Under the pieces are notes generated by a model. That model was not told where the DNA came from, made no database searches, and was given only the letters and a program-made list of their open reading frames with translations. Below are positions 35,154-43,106 of a DNA stretch of 64,000 nt, piece by piece (the first letter of the stretch is position 1; each line of letters opens with the position of its first letter). The stretch covers positions 672,001 to 736,000 of the forward strand of contig CAVSGP010000004.1 in NCBI GenBank assembly GCA_963727505.1, given 5' to 3'. The DNA comes from an uncultured Trueperaceae bacterium. Lineage in GTDB: Bacteria > Deinococcota > Deinococci > Deinococcales > Trueperaceae. The position numbers and the translations under genes are program-made.

Positions 35154-36380
35154 TCAGTCTTCCCCGAGCAGCGCCGCCTTGAACGCCGCGAAGCGATCCT
35201 CGGCCAGACTGTCGCGGATGTCCTCCATGAGGCGCGCCATGAAGCGCAGATTGTGCACGGTCACGAGCTGCTGCGCGAGCCGCTCGTTGGCCTTGAACAG
35301 GTGACGCACGTAGCTGCGGCTGTAGCTCCGGCAGGCCGCACAGTCGCATCCTTCCTCTAGCGGCCGCAGATCCTCGGCGAATCGCGCGTTGCGCAGGTTG
35401 AGACGGAAGGTGGCGAGGCGCTCGCCGTCGTCGCCCCGACGTACGAAGGCCGCGCCGTTGCGGGCGTTGCGGGTCGGCGCCACGCAGTCGAAGGTGTCCA
35501 CACCGCGCTCGACGGCCTCGAGGATGCTGGGCACGTCCCCGATGCCGAGCAGATGCCGCGGCTTCGCTTCCGGCAGCTCGGGAACCGTCCAGTCGAGCAC
35601 CGCGTACATGTCCTGCAGCGTGCTGCCGAGGTTCCCGCCGATGGCCATGCCATCGAACGGCATGGCCCCGATGGTGGCAGCACTCTCCTGGCGCAGGTCG
35701 CGGAACGCGCCCCCCTGCACCACTCCGAACAGCGCCTGCGGGTAGCCGTGCCTCGGCGTGGAGCGCTCGAAGGCGCGCAGGCTGCGCTCGGCCCAGCGGT
35801 GCGTGCGCTCCATCGAACGGCGGGTGTACTCCTCATCGTGCAACGGGCTGGTGCACTCGTCGAAGGCGAGCACCATGTCGGCGCCGAGGGCGCGCTGCAC
35901 CTCGATGGACACCTCGGGCGAGAAGTCATGGAGGCTGCCGTCGATGTGGCTCTTGAAGCGCACCCCCTCCTCGCGGATGCGCACCATCGAGCTGCCCCGT
36001 GGCAGGCGTGGCGGCGCCTCGCCGGGGAAGATCGAGGCCACCTTGCCGACCCCGTGCTCGATGGAGGCACCCAGGGAGAACACCTGGAAGCCGCCCGAGT
36101 CCGTCAGGATCGGGCCGTGCCAGTTCATGAAGCGGTGGAGGCCGCCGTGCCGCTCGACGATCTCCGCGCCCGGGCGCAGGTAGAGGTGGTAGGTGTTGGC
36201 GAACAGGAGCTGGGTCCCGGCCGCGGCTACCGCGTCCGGCGCCACGCCCTTGACCGCCGCCTGCGTTCCCACCACGACGAACGCCGGTGTGCGTACCGCG
36301 CCGTGCGCCGTCTCCAGGGTCCCGAGCCGCGCCGCGCCGCGGCGCTCGTGCAGGGTGAAGGTGGGGGCATTCGGGTCCAT
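35154..36380 (-). CDS. tgt: tRNA-guanine transglycosylase
   Basis: NTYHL, TDSGGFQVFSL, FDECT, VVQGG, RHLLGIG, DTFDCVAPTR and CDCAAC...H zinc site. Confidence 0.95.
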   Translation of the reverse strand: MDPNAPTFTLHERRGAARLGTLETAHGAVRTPAFVVVGTQAAVKGVAPDAVAAAGTQLLFANTYHLYLRPGAEIVERHGGLHRFMNWHGPILTDSGGFQVFSLGASIEHGVGKVASIFPGEAPPRLPRGSSMVRIREEGVRFKSHIDGSLHDFSPEVSIEVQRALGADMVLAFDECTSPLHDEEYTRRSMERTHRWAERSLRAFERSTPRHGYPQALFGVVQGGAFRDLRQESAATIGAMPFDGMAIGGNLGSTLQDMYAVLDWTVPELPEAKPRHLLGIGDVPSILEAVERGVDTFDCVAPTRNARNGAAFVRRGDDGERLATFRLNLRNARFAEDLRPLEEGCDCAACRSYSRSYVRHLFKANERLAQQLVTVHNLRFMARLMEDIRDSLAEDRFAAFKAALLGED

Positions 36381-36552
36381 GGTGGCGGCCCGCCATTGTA
36401 CCCGCCGGCCGTTGGCGGCGCCGTCCTGTAGCGCGACCCTTGGTGTCCACGCACGGCTCGGCTCACAGCGCGACAACGGAGGGCCCACTTTGCCCGATTT
36501 CACGTCTGCTTAGCACGGCACGCCCTATGATGCACGCATCGGGCATTGCCCG

Positions 36553-36630
36553 ATCTTGGAACGCGATGAAACCCGTCTCCTAACGTGGGCGCTTGAGACG
36601 GGTGGAGCGAGTAGCGCAACCGGCCAAGGT
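36553..36630 (+). ncRNA. c-di-GMP-II riboswitch aptamer, copy 1
   Basis: GGAACGCGATGAA-stem(CCCGTCTC/GAGACGGG)-TGGGCGCTT loop-TGGAGCGAGTAGCGCAACCGGCC; GCGCT/AGCGC pseudoknot; P1 ATCTTGG/CCAAGGT; TATGAT at 36526. Confidence 0.85.
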
Positions 36631-36737
36631 GAGTCAATCCTCATCCTCAGCCGAACACGCGTCCACAACGGCTCCGCAAGGGGTCGTCGAGGGAGTATCC
36701 GGTCGTGCCACGAGTTCATGCTCGCGCACGCAAGCCG

Positions 36738-36822
36738 GGACCCCCCGGAAGCGATGAAGCCTGTCCTGCACTTGGGCGCTTGGGACAGGTGGAGCCAGTA
36801 GCGCAACCGGCCAGGCGGGTCC
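36738..36822 (+). ncRNA. c-di-GMP-II riboswitch aptamer, copy 2 (tandem with copy 1)
   Basis: GGAAGCGATGAAG-CCTGTCC/GGACAGG stem-TGGGCGCTT-TGGAGCCAGTAGCGCAACCGGCC; stem covaries relative to copies 1 and 3. Confidence 0.85.
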
Positions 36823-36891
36823 TTTGTGGTCCAACGCAGCACCGTCGGTCAGGCGCCCCGAATCGTTCGAGAGGCTTCGAGGCGAGGACCG

Positions 36892-37908
36892 ATGGTGGCC
36901 GACAGCGCGTCAGGCAAGAGCACCGCAGTCCTGCACAGGGTTCGCCGCAGGCGGATCGCCGGCTGGCTTCGCATCGTCTACCTGGCCCTGGCGGCGGCCG
37001 TCGTCCTGTCGGAAGCGGGCTGTTCGTCCGTTGGGACGGAGGTCCCGGCGAGCCTCACGAGCGCATCTGACGTTCCGCAGCCGATGTTCGGGGCCTACAC
37101 GGACGGCGGCGTCTGGCAGGGCATGGAGCCTGTCCGGCAACTCGAAACGTTGCTCGGACGCAAGCTCGATATCGTGCACTGGTTCATGAGTTGGGACACG
37201 CCCTACGACATCGCCCTCGTCGAAGCGGCCAGCGCCGACGGCCGACGTCCTCTCATCACCTGGGAGCCGAACCACCAGGCGGTCCAGGCCATCGCCGCGG
37301 GCACGTACGACGGGCTCATCCGAGATTTCGCAGACGGCGTGCGTGCCACGCCCGGGATCGTGTACGTTCGTCCGTTCCCCGAGATGAATGGGGATTGGGT
37401 GCCTTGGAACGGAGACCCCGCCGCCCTGGTGGCGGCCTGGCGCCACATGGTGACCGTGTTCCGGGCCGAGGGAGCGGACAACGTGCGGTGGGTCTGGAGC
37501 CCCAACGTGACGGACCAGCCCAACACACCTGCCAACGCCATGGAGCGCTACTACCCTGGCAGCTCTTACGTCGATGTGTTGGCACTGGACGGTTACAACT
37601 GGGGTACGACAACGAGCTGGAGCACGTGGCAGAGCTATACAGAGATCTTCGCGCAACCGTACGCGCGCATCACCGCACTGGGGCCGCAACCGGTGTGGAT
37701 CACGGAGATCGCCTCCGCCAGCCAGGGCGGAGACAAGGCCGCGTGGGTCGCGAACATGCTCAATACGTCGGCCTTCCCCCGCATTCAGGCCCTGGTCTGG
37801 TTCAACCAGAACAAGGAAGCGGATTGGCGGATCGACAACTCGGCCAACGTCATCCAGGCGGCTCGCGTCAATCTTGGCCCCGGAACCGCCACCCTTGCGA
37901 GCCGATGA
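36892..37908 (+). CDS. Glycoside hydrolase family 26 lipoprotein, paralog 1
   Basis: LITWEP, RPFPEMNGDW (acid/base Glu), YYPG..YVDVLALDGYNWG and WITE (nucleophile Glu); lipobox-like EAGC. Confidence 0.88.
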   Translation: MVADSASGKSTAVLHRVRRRRIAGWLRIVYLALAAAVVLSEAGCSSVGTEVPASLTSASDVPQPMFGAYTDGGVWQGMEPVRQLETLLGRKLDIVHWFMSWDTPYDIALVEAASADGRRPLITWEPNHQAVQAIAAGTYDGLIRDFADGVRATPGIVYVRPFPEMNGDWVPWNGDPAALVAAWRHMVTVFRAEGADNVRWVWSPNVTDQPNTPANAMERYYPGSSYVDVLALDGYNWGTTTSWSTWQSYTEIFAQPYARITALGPQPVWITEIASASQGGDKAAWVANMLNTSAFPRIQALVWFNQNKEADWRIDNSANVIQAARVNLGPGTATLASR

Positions 37909-38077
37909 GCCACGAGGCATGCTGACGTCGTCGAGCCAGGGCATCCTGTCAGAGAAGGTACCGGCTCCGCCCTTCCCCCGGGGACGCTGGATGAAGTCCG
38001 GATGAACCTCGCCGTTGGGAGATCTGTCACAATCTCACCGGGCACCGTCGTAGGATTCATGAGTCGGGCAAGGCCCG

Positions 38078-38155
38078 ACCTTGGAAGCGATGAAGCCCGT
38101 TTCCCAACGTGGGCGCTCGAGACGGGCGGAGCGAGCAGCGCAACCGTCCAGGCAG
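38078..38155 (+). ncRNA. c-di-GMP-II riboswitch aptamer, copy 3
   Basis: GGAAGCGATGAAG-CCCGTTTC/GAGACGGG-TGGGCGCTC-CGGAGCGAGCAGCGCAACCGTCC upstream of the second GH26 gene; TAGGAT at 38051. Confidence 0.83.
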
Positions 38156-38208
38156 ATTCGTAGCTGCCCATCGTCGGTCAGGCGCACCTAGTTCTTCGCG
38201 AGGCGACG

Positions 38209-39207
38209 ATGGCGATGGTGTCTCAGTCGAACGAGAGTGGTGAACGGCGTAGCCGCGCGAGCGGCCGGCGCTTCACGACGGCGATCGCGATCACGATCGC
38301 CGTGCTCGTGCTGGCAACCGGGTGTTCGAGCGTGGCCAGCCGACCGCCCCGAACCGTCGCCCGCCCATCGGATGTCCGGCCGATGTTCGGCGCCTTCACC
38401 TACGGTGGCGTGTGGCAGGGGATGGAGCCCGTTCGCCAGCTCGAAGATCTGCTCGGACGCAAGCTCGACGTGGTCCACTGGTACATGAGCTGGGACACGC
38501 CCTACGACGTCGCTCTCGTGAAGGCGGCCATCGCCGGCGGGCGCCTGCCCATGATCACCTGGCAACCCCACCACCAGACCGTCTCCGACATCGCTTCCGG
38601 AACCTACGACGGCACCCTCCGCAGTTTCGCCGACGGCGTGCGGGCCACGCCCGGCCTCGTCTACGTGCGCCCCTTCCCCGAGATGAACGGTGACTGGGAA
38701 CCCTGGAACGGACAGCCGGCTACCTTCGTGAGGGCGTGGCGCCACATGGTCGACGTCTTCCGAGCCGAAGGCGCCGACAACGTGCGGTGGGTCTGGTCGC
38801 CCAACGACACCGACCAGCCAAGTACCCCTGCCAACGCCATGGAGCGGTACTACCCCGGTAACGCCTACGTCGACATCCTTGCTCTGGACGGCTACAACTG
38901 GGGAACGAGCCGGAGCTGGAGCACATGGCGCAGCTTCAGCGACATCTTCGCCCAGCCCTACGCCCGCATCACCGCCCTCGGACCTCAGCCCGTGTGGATC
39001 GCCGAGGTCGCCTCGACCAGCAAGGGTGGCGACAAGGCCGCCTGGGTCGCCGGCATGCTCGACACCAAGCAGTTCCCCCGTATCCGAGCGCTGATCTGGT
39101 TCAACCACAACAACGACATGGACTGGCGCCTGGACAATTCGCTCGCCGTGGTCCAGTCCGCACGGGCGAACCTTGCGCCCAACCTCGACGCGGCCGCCAG
39201 CCGCTAA
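38209..39207 (+). CDS. Glycoside hydrolase family 26 lipoprotein, paralog 2
   Basis: Same GH26 motifs (RPFPEMNGDW, DGYNWG, WIAE); lipobox LATGC; closely similar to paralog 1. Confidence 0.88.
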   Translation: MAMVSQSNESGERRSRASGRRFTTAIAITIAVLVLATGCSSVASRPPRTVARPSDVRPMFGAFTYGGVWQGMEPVRQLEDLLGRKLDVVHWYMSWDTPYDVALVKAAIAGGRLPMITWQPHHQTVSDIASGTYDGTLRSFADGVRATPGLVYVRPFPEMNGDWEPWNGQPATFVRAWRHMVDVFRAEGADNVRWVWSPNDTDQPSTPANAMERYYPGNAYVDILALDGYNWGTSRSWSTWRSFSDIFAQPYARITALGPQPVWIAEVASTSKGGDKAAWVAGMLDTKQFPRIRALIWFNHNNDMDWRLDNSLAVVQSARANLAPNLDAAASR

Positions 39208-39249
39208 GCGTTCGCGCGCCCATCGAAGTCCATCGCGACTCGTCCACCG

Positions 39250-39385
39250 GACAGCTCGATCTCGACGCGGTGCTGACGGTCCTGAACCTACACCTCTCCC
39301 TCACCACCGACGTCAGCCCCGACGGCCGGCTCTACCTCACGACGCTCTACCTCACGACGGTGAATGGCACACTGGTTCGCCTCAG
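39250..39385 (+). pseudogene. Possible remnant of a beta-propeller (PQQ sugar dehydrogenase-like) C-terminus with an internal 15-bp duplication
   Basis: Reads ...TTDVSPDGRLYLTT(LYLTT)VNGTLVRL; no credible start. Confidence 0.35.
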
Positions 39386-42144
39386 CGCGCGCTGGCGCGC
39401 GCGCTCGACGCCACGGAGGCGCGCGAGCCCGAGAAGAGCCGTTGCAGCACCGCGCTGTACATCCCTGCGTCCTCGATCCCGTAGGAGGCCACGATCGCCT
39501 GGCTCCGCTGGTAGGCGGTGGCCAGGCCGAGCTTCCCGGCGGCGACGTCCGCGCTCTCCGCCACGAGCTGTCGTTCGGGTGCCGCCAGTGACGTCGGATC
39601 TACCCGATAGGCAGCGTACGCGCTGCCCAGGGCGTCGACGAGCGGCCCGAGGCGCAGCATGGCCTCGACCGGTCCCTGCAGGTTCCCCACGATCTGGTCC
39701 TTCCGGGTTACGCCGTGCACCGGGTTGATGTACAGGGCGTAGGCGAAGGCGTCGTCCTTGGCGGCCGGCTGCGCCAGCGCCCACGCCAGCTTCGCCGCAC
39801 CGGCGCAGACCGAGAAGTCGGGATCGAAGACGTTGAACGACCCGCTCAGGAGGTGCGGGTTGTACAGAGGCTTGTTCACGTCCTCGGAGACTGCACGCAG
39901 CAGCGTCAGCGCATCGGACGTCATCTGCGAGAGCCCCTTGTCGCCGGTCTGGCCGACGGCAAGCGGATTGAGATAGGACTCGTTGATGAGCACTTGAAGC
40001 AGAAGCCGCGCTGGCACCCCGTAAGCGGTGGACGCCTCTTCGATGTAGGGTTCGATCGGAGCCAGCCGACCCAGCATGAGCAGCTCGAAGTGGTTCAGGG
40101 GCCGGTAACCCTCGGCCGACCCGGGCAGGGTCTGCGGGGCCTCGCTGGGCTGTCGCAGATAGGCGGGCCGGCAGTAGTCCGAGAGTGCTGGCCGAGGTTC
40201 GTAAGACGGGGTAGCGGCGGCCGCCCCGTCGGCTCCCCCGCCGCCACCGCCGGCGGCGATCCGGGCGAAGGCCGCGGGCGCGGCCAGGGCGACCGCTCCC
40301 GTCACGGTAGCGTGAGCACGTGGAGCCTCCAGCCGGCGCGCGGAGCGCGACACGGGATCGAGCGGTAGCGCGATGGAAGCCTGGAACACGGGGATCGTCG
40401 CGCTCCCGGCCGGTTCCAGCAACAGCGCAGGGGCGACCTGCGCCGCATGCAAGGGCAACCACTCGTGCTGTGCCATGTCGAGGCGCGGCGTGTGCTCCAG
40501 CAGTCGCTGGGTGGCAAGCGGATCCGCTCCCGAGGCCGGCGCCAGCGCCAGGATGGCCACGAACACCGCCGTCAGGGACGTCAGCATGGTGGCGGCCGTA
40601 CCCAGCGTTCGTTTGTCGACGCCGCGCGCGGTGGGCCGCTCCCAGGCCACACCCTGGGTCCCCTTGACCGCCCTGCGGCTCGCTGCGCGACGCTCCCGGA
40701 AGAACGCGGGGACCACGCTGGAGGCCGCGGCGACGAAGCTGACGGGATTCGCCACCTTCAGAAGCATGTAGGGCAACCAGGTCTGGAGCGTCCTCCGGCC
40801 CGCGAACCGCAGGGCCGGAGCTCGCGCCCGGCGACCGTCGCGCGCCTGAGCGTAGAAGCCGGCGAAGGTCATGAGTCCCGTCGCGGCCAGGTCGATTCCG
40901 ACCCACAGAGCCAGGTTCCGCGCCAACGCGCTCGACCCCATCGCCCCCAACACGCCCAGCGCCAGCATCACCGGCACCAGAAGCAACAGCAGCAGCCCGA
41001 GAAGGTTCTCGAGCTGCGCCCCGAAGAGCGTGAAGCGCACGTTGGGAGTCATGGCGCGGTCGCCGGCCTCGCCCAGGACCCGCTTCAACGCGTTCTGGAT
41101 ACCGCCGCCGTGCCAGCGCTCGATCTGCCGCAGGTAGCCGCCGGCGTGGGCGGGATCCTCCGTGTACATCTGCGCGTCCCCCACGAAACGTGCGTTCCCT
41201 CCGCGACGGAGCTCGATCACGTCCTCGCGGTCGAAGGCCTGGTCGAAGGGGACCTCCTCCCCCTCCACGACGATCCTGAAGCCGCGCGCAGCGAGCGCGG
41301 CCGGCGACCAGCGCTCGACGGTGCGGGGCAACGCCTGCACGGCGAGGGTCAGGTCGTGATCCTCGGTGAGTGTGTCGGGCGACATCGGCAGCACGTCCCG
41401 GCGCACCGTGAAGCCGCACCCGACCACCGTGAACAGGCGGCTGGCCCCCCACAGGTCGCCGTCGCCCGGCGTGCGGACCTGCCCCCGCCGCAGCACCGAA
41501 GCGAAGGCGTACTCGGCCGAGCGGCCGGCCGCGATGAAGCGCTGCGCCCGCTGAGCCCCGGCGGGCACGAAGGACGTCACCGAACCGGACTGGAGGGCAT
41601 AGTCCTCCAGCACCGGCCTGCCGCTGTGCCAACGCAGCCGGTAGAAGTTCCGCCGCAGCGCGGCGATGAAGCCGCGGTCGAACACGGTGTCGCCGTCCAC
41701 CAGGAGCACGCGCTCGGCGGTCAACAGCGAGCTCGTCACCAGGTTGTTGACGGCCTCGGACTTGGCCGTGCGCTGCCGATAATCCAGCACCACCACGGCC
41801 ATCGCTTTCCCGGGATGGCGCCAGCGCTCGACGGTGGCAAGCAGCTGCGGCGCTGGTGCCCTGGCCAGACGCTCGAAGCCGAACTCCTCCAGGGTCGCCG
41901 TCACCACCGCGTGGGTACCGTCGCTCGAGCCGTTGACGCTGACCGCCAGCTCGTCCGGGAGGGAACTCTGCGTCAACAATGAGGCCAGCGCCCGTCGCGC
42001 TCCGGCCTCCTCGTTGTACATGGGTGAGACGACGGCCAGCCTGTCGGGCCCGCAGACGGGCAGACTGCGATCAGGGACCGTGCTGAGCGCCGCGTTGAGA
42101 AGGGTTGTGGGCATGGCGGACAGGCCGAAGAAGTTGGGCATCAC
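39382..42144 (-). CDS. Processive GT2 glycosyltransferase fused via TM helices to a C-terminal lytic transglycosylase (SLT/GH23-like) domain
   Basis: PMYNEE, KSEAVN, VDGDT, TED and QIERW (QxxRW), then TM helices, then IEEASTAYGVP..LL.VLINES..NPLAV..TGDKGLSQM. Confidence 0.85.
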   Translation of the reverse strand: MMPNFFGLSAMPTTLLNAALSTVPDRSLPVCGPDRLAVVSPMYNEEAGARRALASLLTQSSLPDELAVSVNGSSDGTHAVVTATLEEFGFERLARAPAPQLLATVERWRHPGKAMAVVVLDYRQRTAKSEAVNNLVTSSLLTAERVLLVDGDTVFDRGFIAALRRNFYRLRWHSGRPVLEDYALQSGSVTSFVPAGAQRAQRFIAAGRSAEYAFASVLRRGQVRTPGDGDLWGASRLFTVVGCGFTVRRDVLPMSPDTLTEDHDLTLAVQALPRTVERWSPAALAARGFRIVVEGEEVPFDQAFDREDVIELRRGGNARFVGDAQMYTEDPAHAGGYLRQIERWHGGGIQNALKRVLGEAGDRAMTPNVRFTLFGAQLENLLGLLLLLLVPVMLALGVLGAMGSSALARNLALWVGIDLAATGLMTFAGFYAQARDGRRARAPALRFAGRRTLQTWLPYMLLKVANPVSFVAAASSVVPAFFRERRAASRRAVKGTQGVAWERPTARGVDKRTLGTAATMLTSLTAVFVAILALAPASGADPLATQRLLEHTPRLDMAQHEWLPLHAAQVAPALLLEPAGSATIPVFQASIALPLDPVSRSARRLEAPRAHATVTGAVALAAPAAFARIAAGGGGGGADGAAAATPSYEPRPALSDYCRPAYLRQPSEAPQTLPGSAEGYRPLNHFELLMLGRLAPIEPYIEEASTAYGVPARLLLQVLINESYLNPLAVGQTGDKGLSQMTSDALTLLRAVSEDVNKPLYNPHLLSGSFNVFDPDFSVCAGAAKLAWALAQPAAKDDAFAYALYINPVHGVTRKDQIVGNLQGPVEAMLRLGPLVDALGSAYAAYRVDPTSLAAPERQLVAESADVAAGKLGLATAYQRSQAIVASYGIEDAGMYSAVLQRLFSGSRASVASSARASAR

Positions 42145-42349
42145 GAAGTCCTATCCGTCTTAGGGCTCTCGGTCGACAGCGGCGGGCGCTGCAAGCGGAC
42201 GAACGCGCGTTTCGCGCGCCCATCGAGCCGCAGCGGCCCAATCCGAATCATCTGGCTTCCTGTGTATCATCGCGTTCCCTGCCCTGTCGCCCAGCCGTCA
42301 CAGCCCTGTGGCCTGGGTGGTTTACGATCGTATGATTTGGGAGGTGCGG

Positions 42350-42973
42350 ATGGCACTTCATATCAGCGGTAAGCTCGTGGCCGTAGGCCTCGTCCTGGCC
42401 GCCCTGATCACCGCATTCAGCGCCCCCCGCAGCGTGCAGGACCCGGGCGTCGCCCTGGCCATCACCCCCACCGCTACCGTCCGCTCCACGCCGGCCTCGC
42501 CGGATGCCGCCCGGACCAGCTCGGTGGGACCCGTGGCCAACCCCGTGTTCACGCTGCGGGCCACAGGCTACAACTCGATGGTCGATCAGACCGACGCCAC
42601 ACCGTTCATCACCTCGACGGGACAGCGTACCCGTTTCGGGATCATCGCGGTGAGCCCCGACCTGTTGGGTCATGATCTGCCGTATGGCAGCCTGGTGCGG
42701 ATCCGCGACCTCGGGAACTACTACACCGGGCGCGGATACGGCAGCTACCAGAGCCTGCTCGACAGCCAGGGACTGTTCATCGTCGAGGACACCATGCACT
42801 ATCAGAAGCGCGACCAGATCGACATCTGGTTCAGCGACTACGCCAGCGCGGTGAACTGGGGCATGCGCAAGGTGCGCGTCGAGGTCATCCGTTACGGGCG
42901 CAACGGGCCCAAGCTCGAGCCCTCCCGCGCCAGCGACTTCAGCGGCACGCCCCGCCTGACGGCCTCCCGCTGA
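42350..42973 (+). CDS. 3D domain (MltA-like) cell-wall protein
   Basis: RATGYNS...QTD.TPFITSTG, IIAVSPD, LPYGSLV, VEDT and IDIWF..A..WG; signal peptide; GGAGG RBS. Confidence 0.88.
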   Translation: MALHISGKLVAVGLVLAALITAFSAPRSVQDPGVALAITPTATVRSTPASPDAARTSSVGPVANPVFTLRATGYNSMVDQTDATPFITSTGQRTRFGIIAVSPDLLGHDLPYGSLVRIRDLGNYYTGRGYGSYQSLLDSQGLFIVEDTMHYQKRDQIDIWFSDYASAVNWGMRKVRVEVIRYGRNGPKLEPSRASDFSGTPRLTASR

Positions 42974-43106
42974 CCCCTTCGGCCGGCCGCCCGCACGGCC
43001 GCCGGCCCCTCCCCCCTTCCCGACGTTCAAGGCCGAGCCTCGCGGGGGCTCCCGGCCCCGGCCCAGGGCGGCTCGGGAGGCTCTCGACCGCACGGTAGAC
43101 TGGCCC

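Noticed and set aside
36553..38155. Three ~80-bp repeats as CRISPR, REP or MITE elements
   Set aside because: Not regularly spaced, no terminal inverted repeats or cas genes; covarying stems and the pseudoknot fit c-di-GMP-II aptamers
42190..42280. Possible fourth riboswitch on the minus strand upstream of GT2-SLT (GGAACGCGATGA ... TGGGCCGCT)
   Set aside because: Only the 5' 12-mer matches copy 1; the GGAGC..GTAGCGCAACC 3' half and the pseudoknot partner are missing. A cmsearch hit would reopen this
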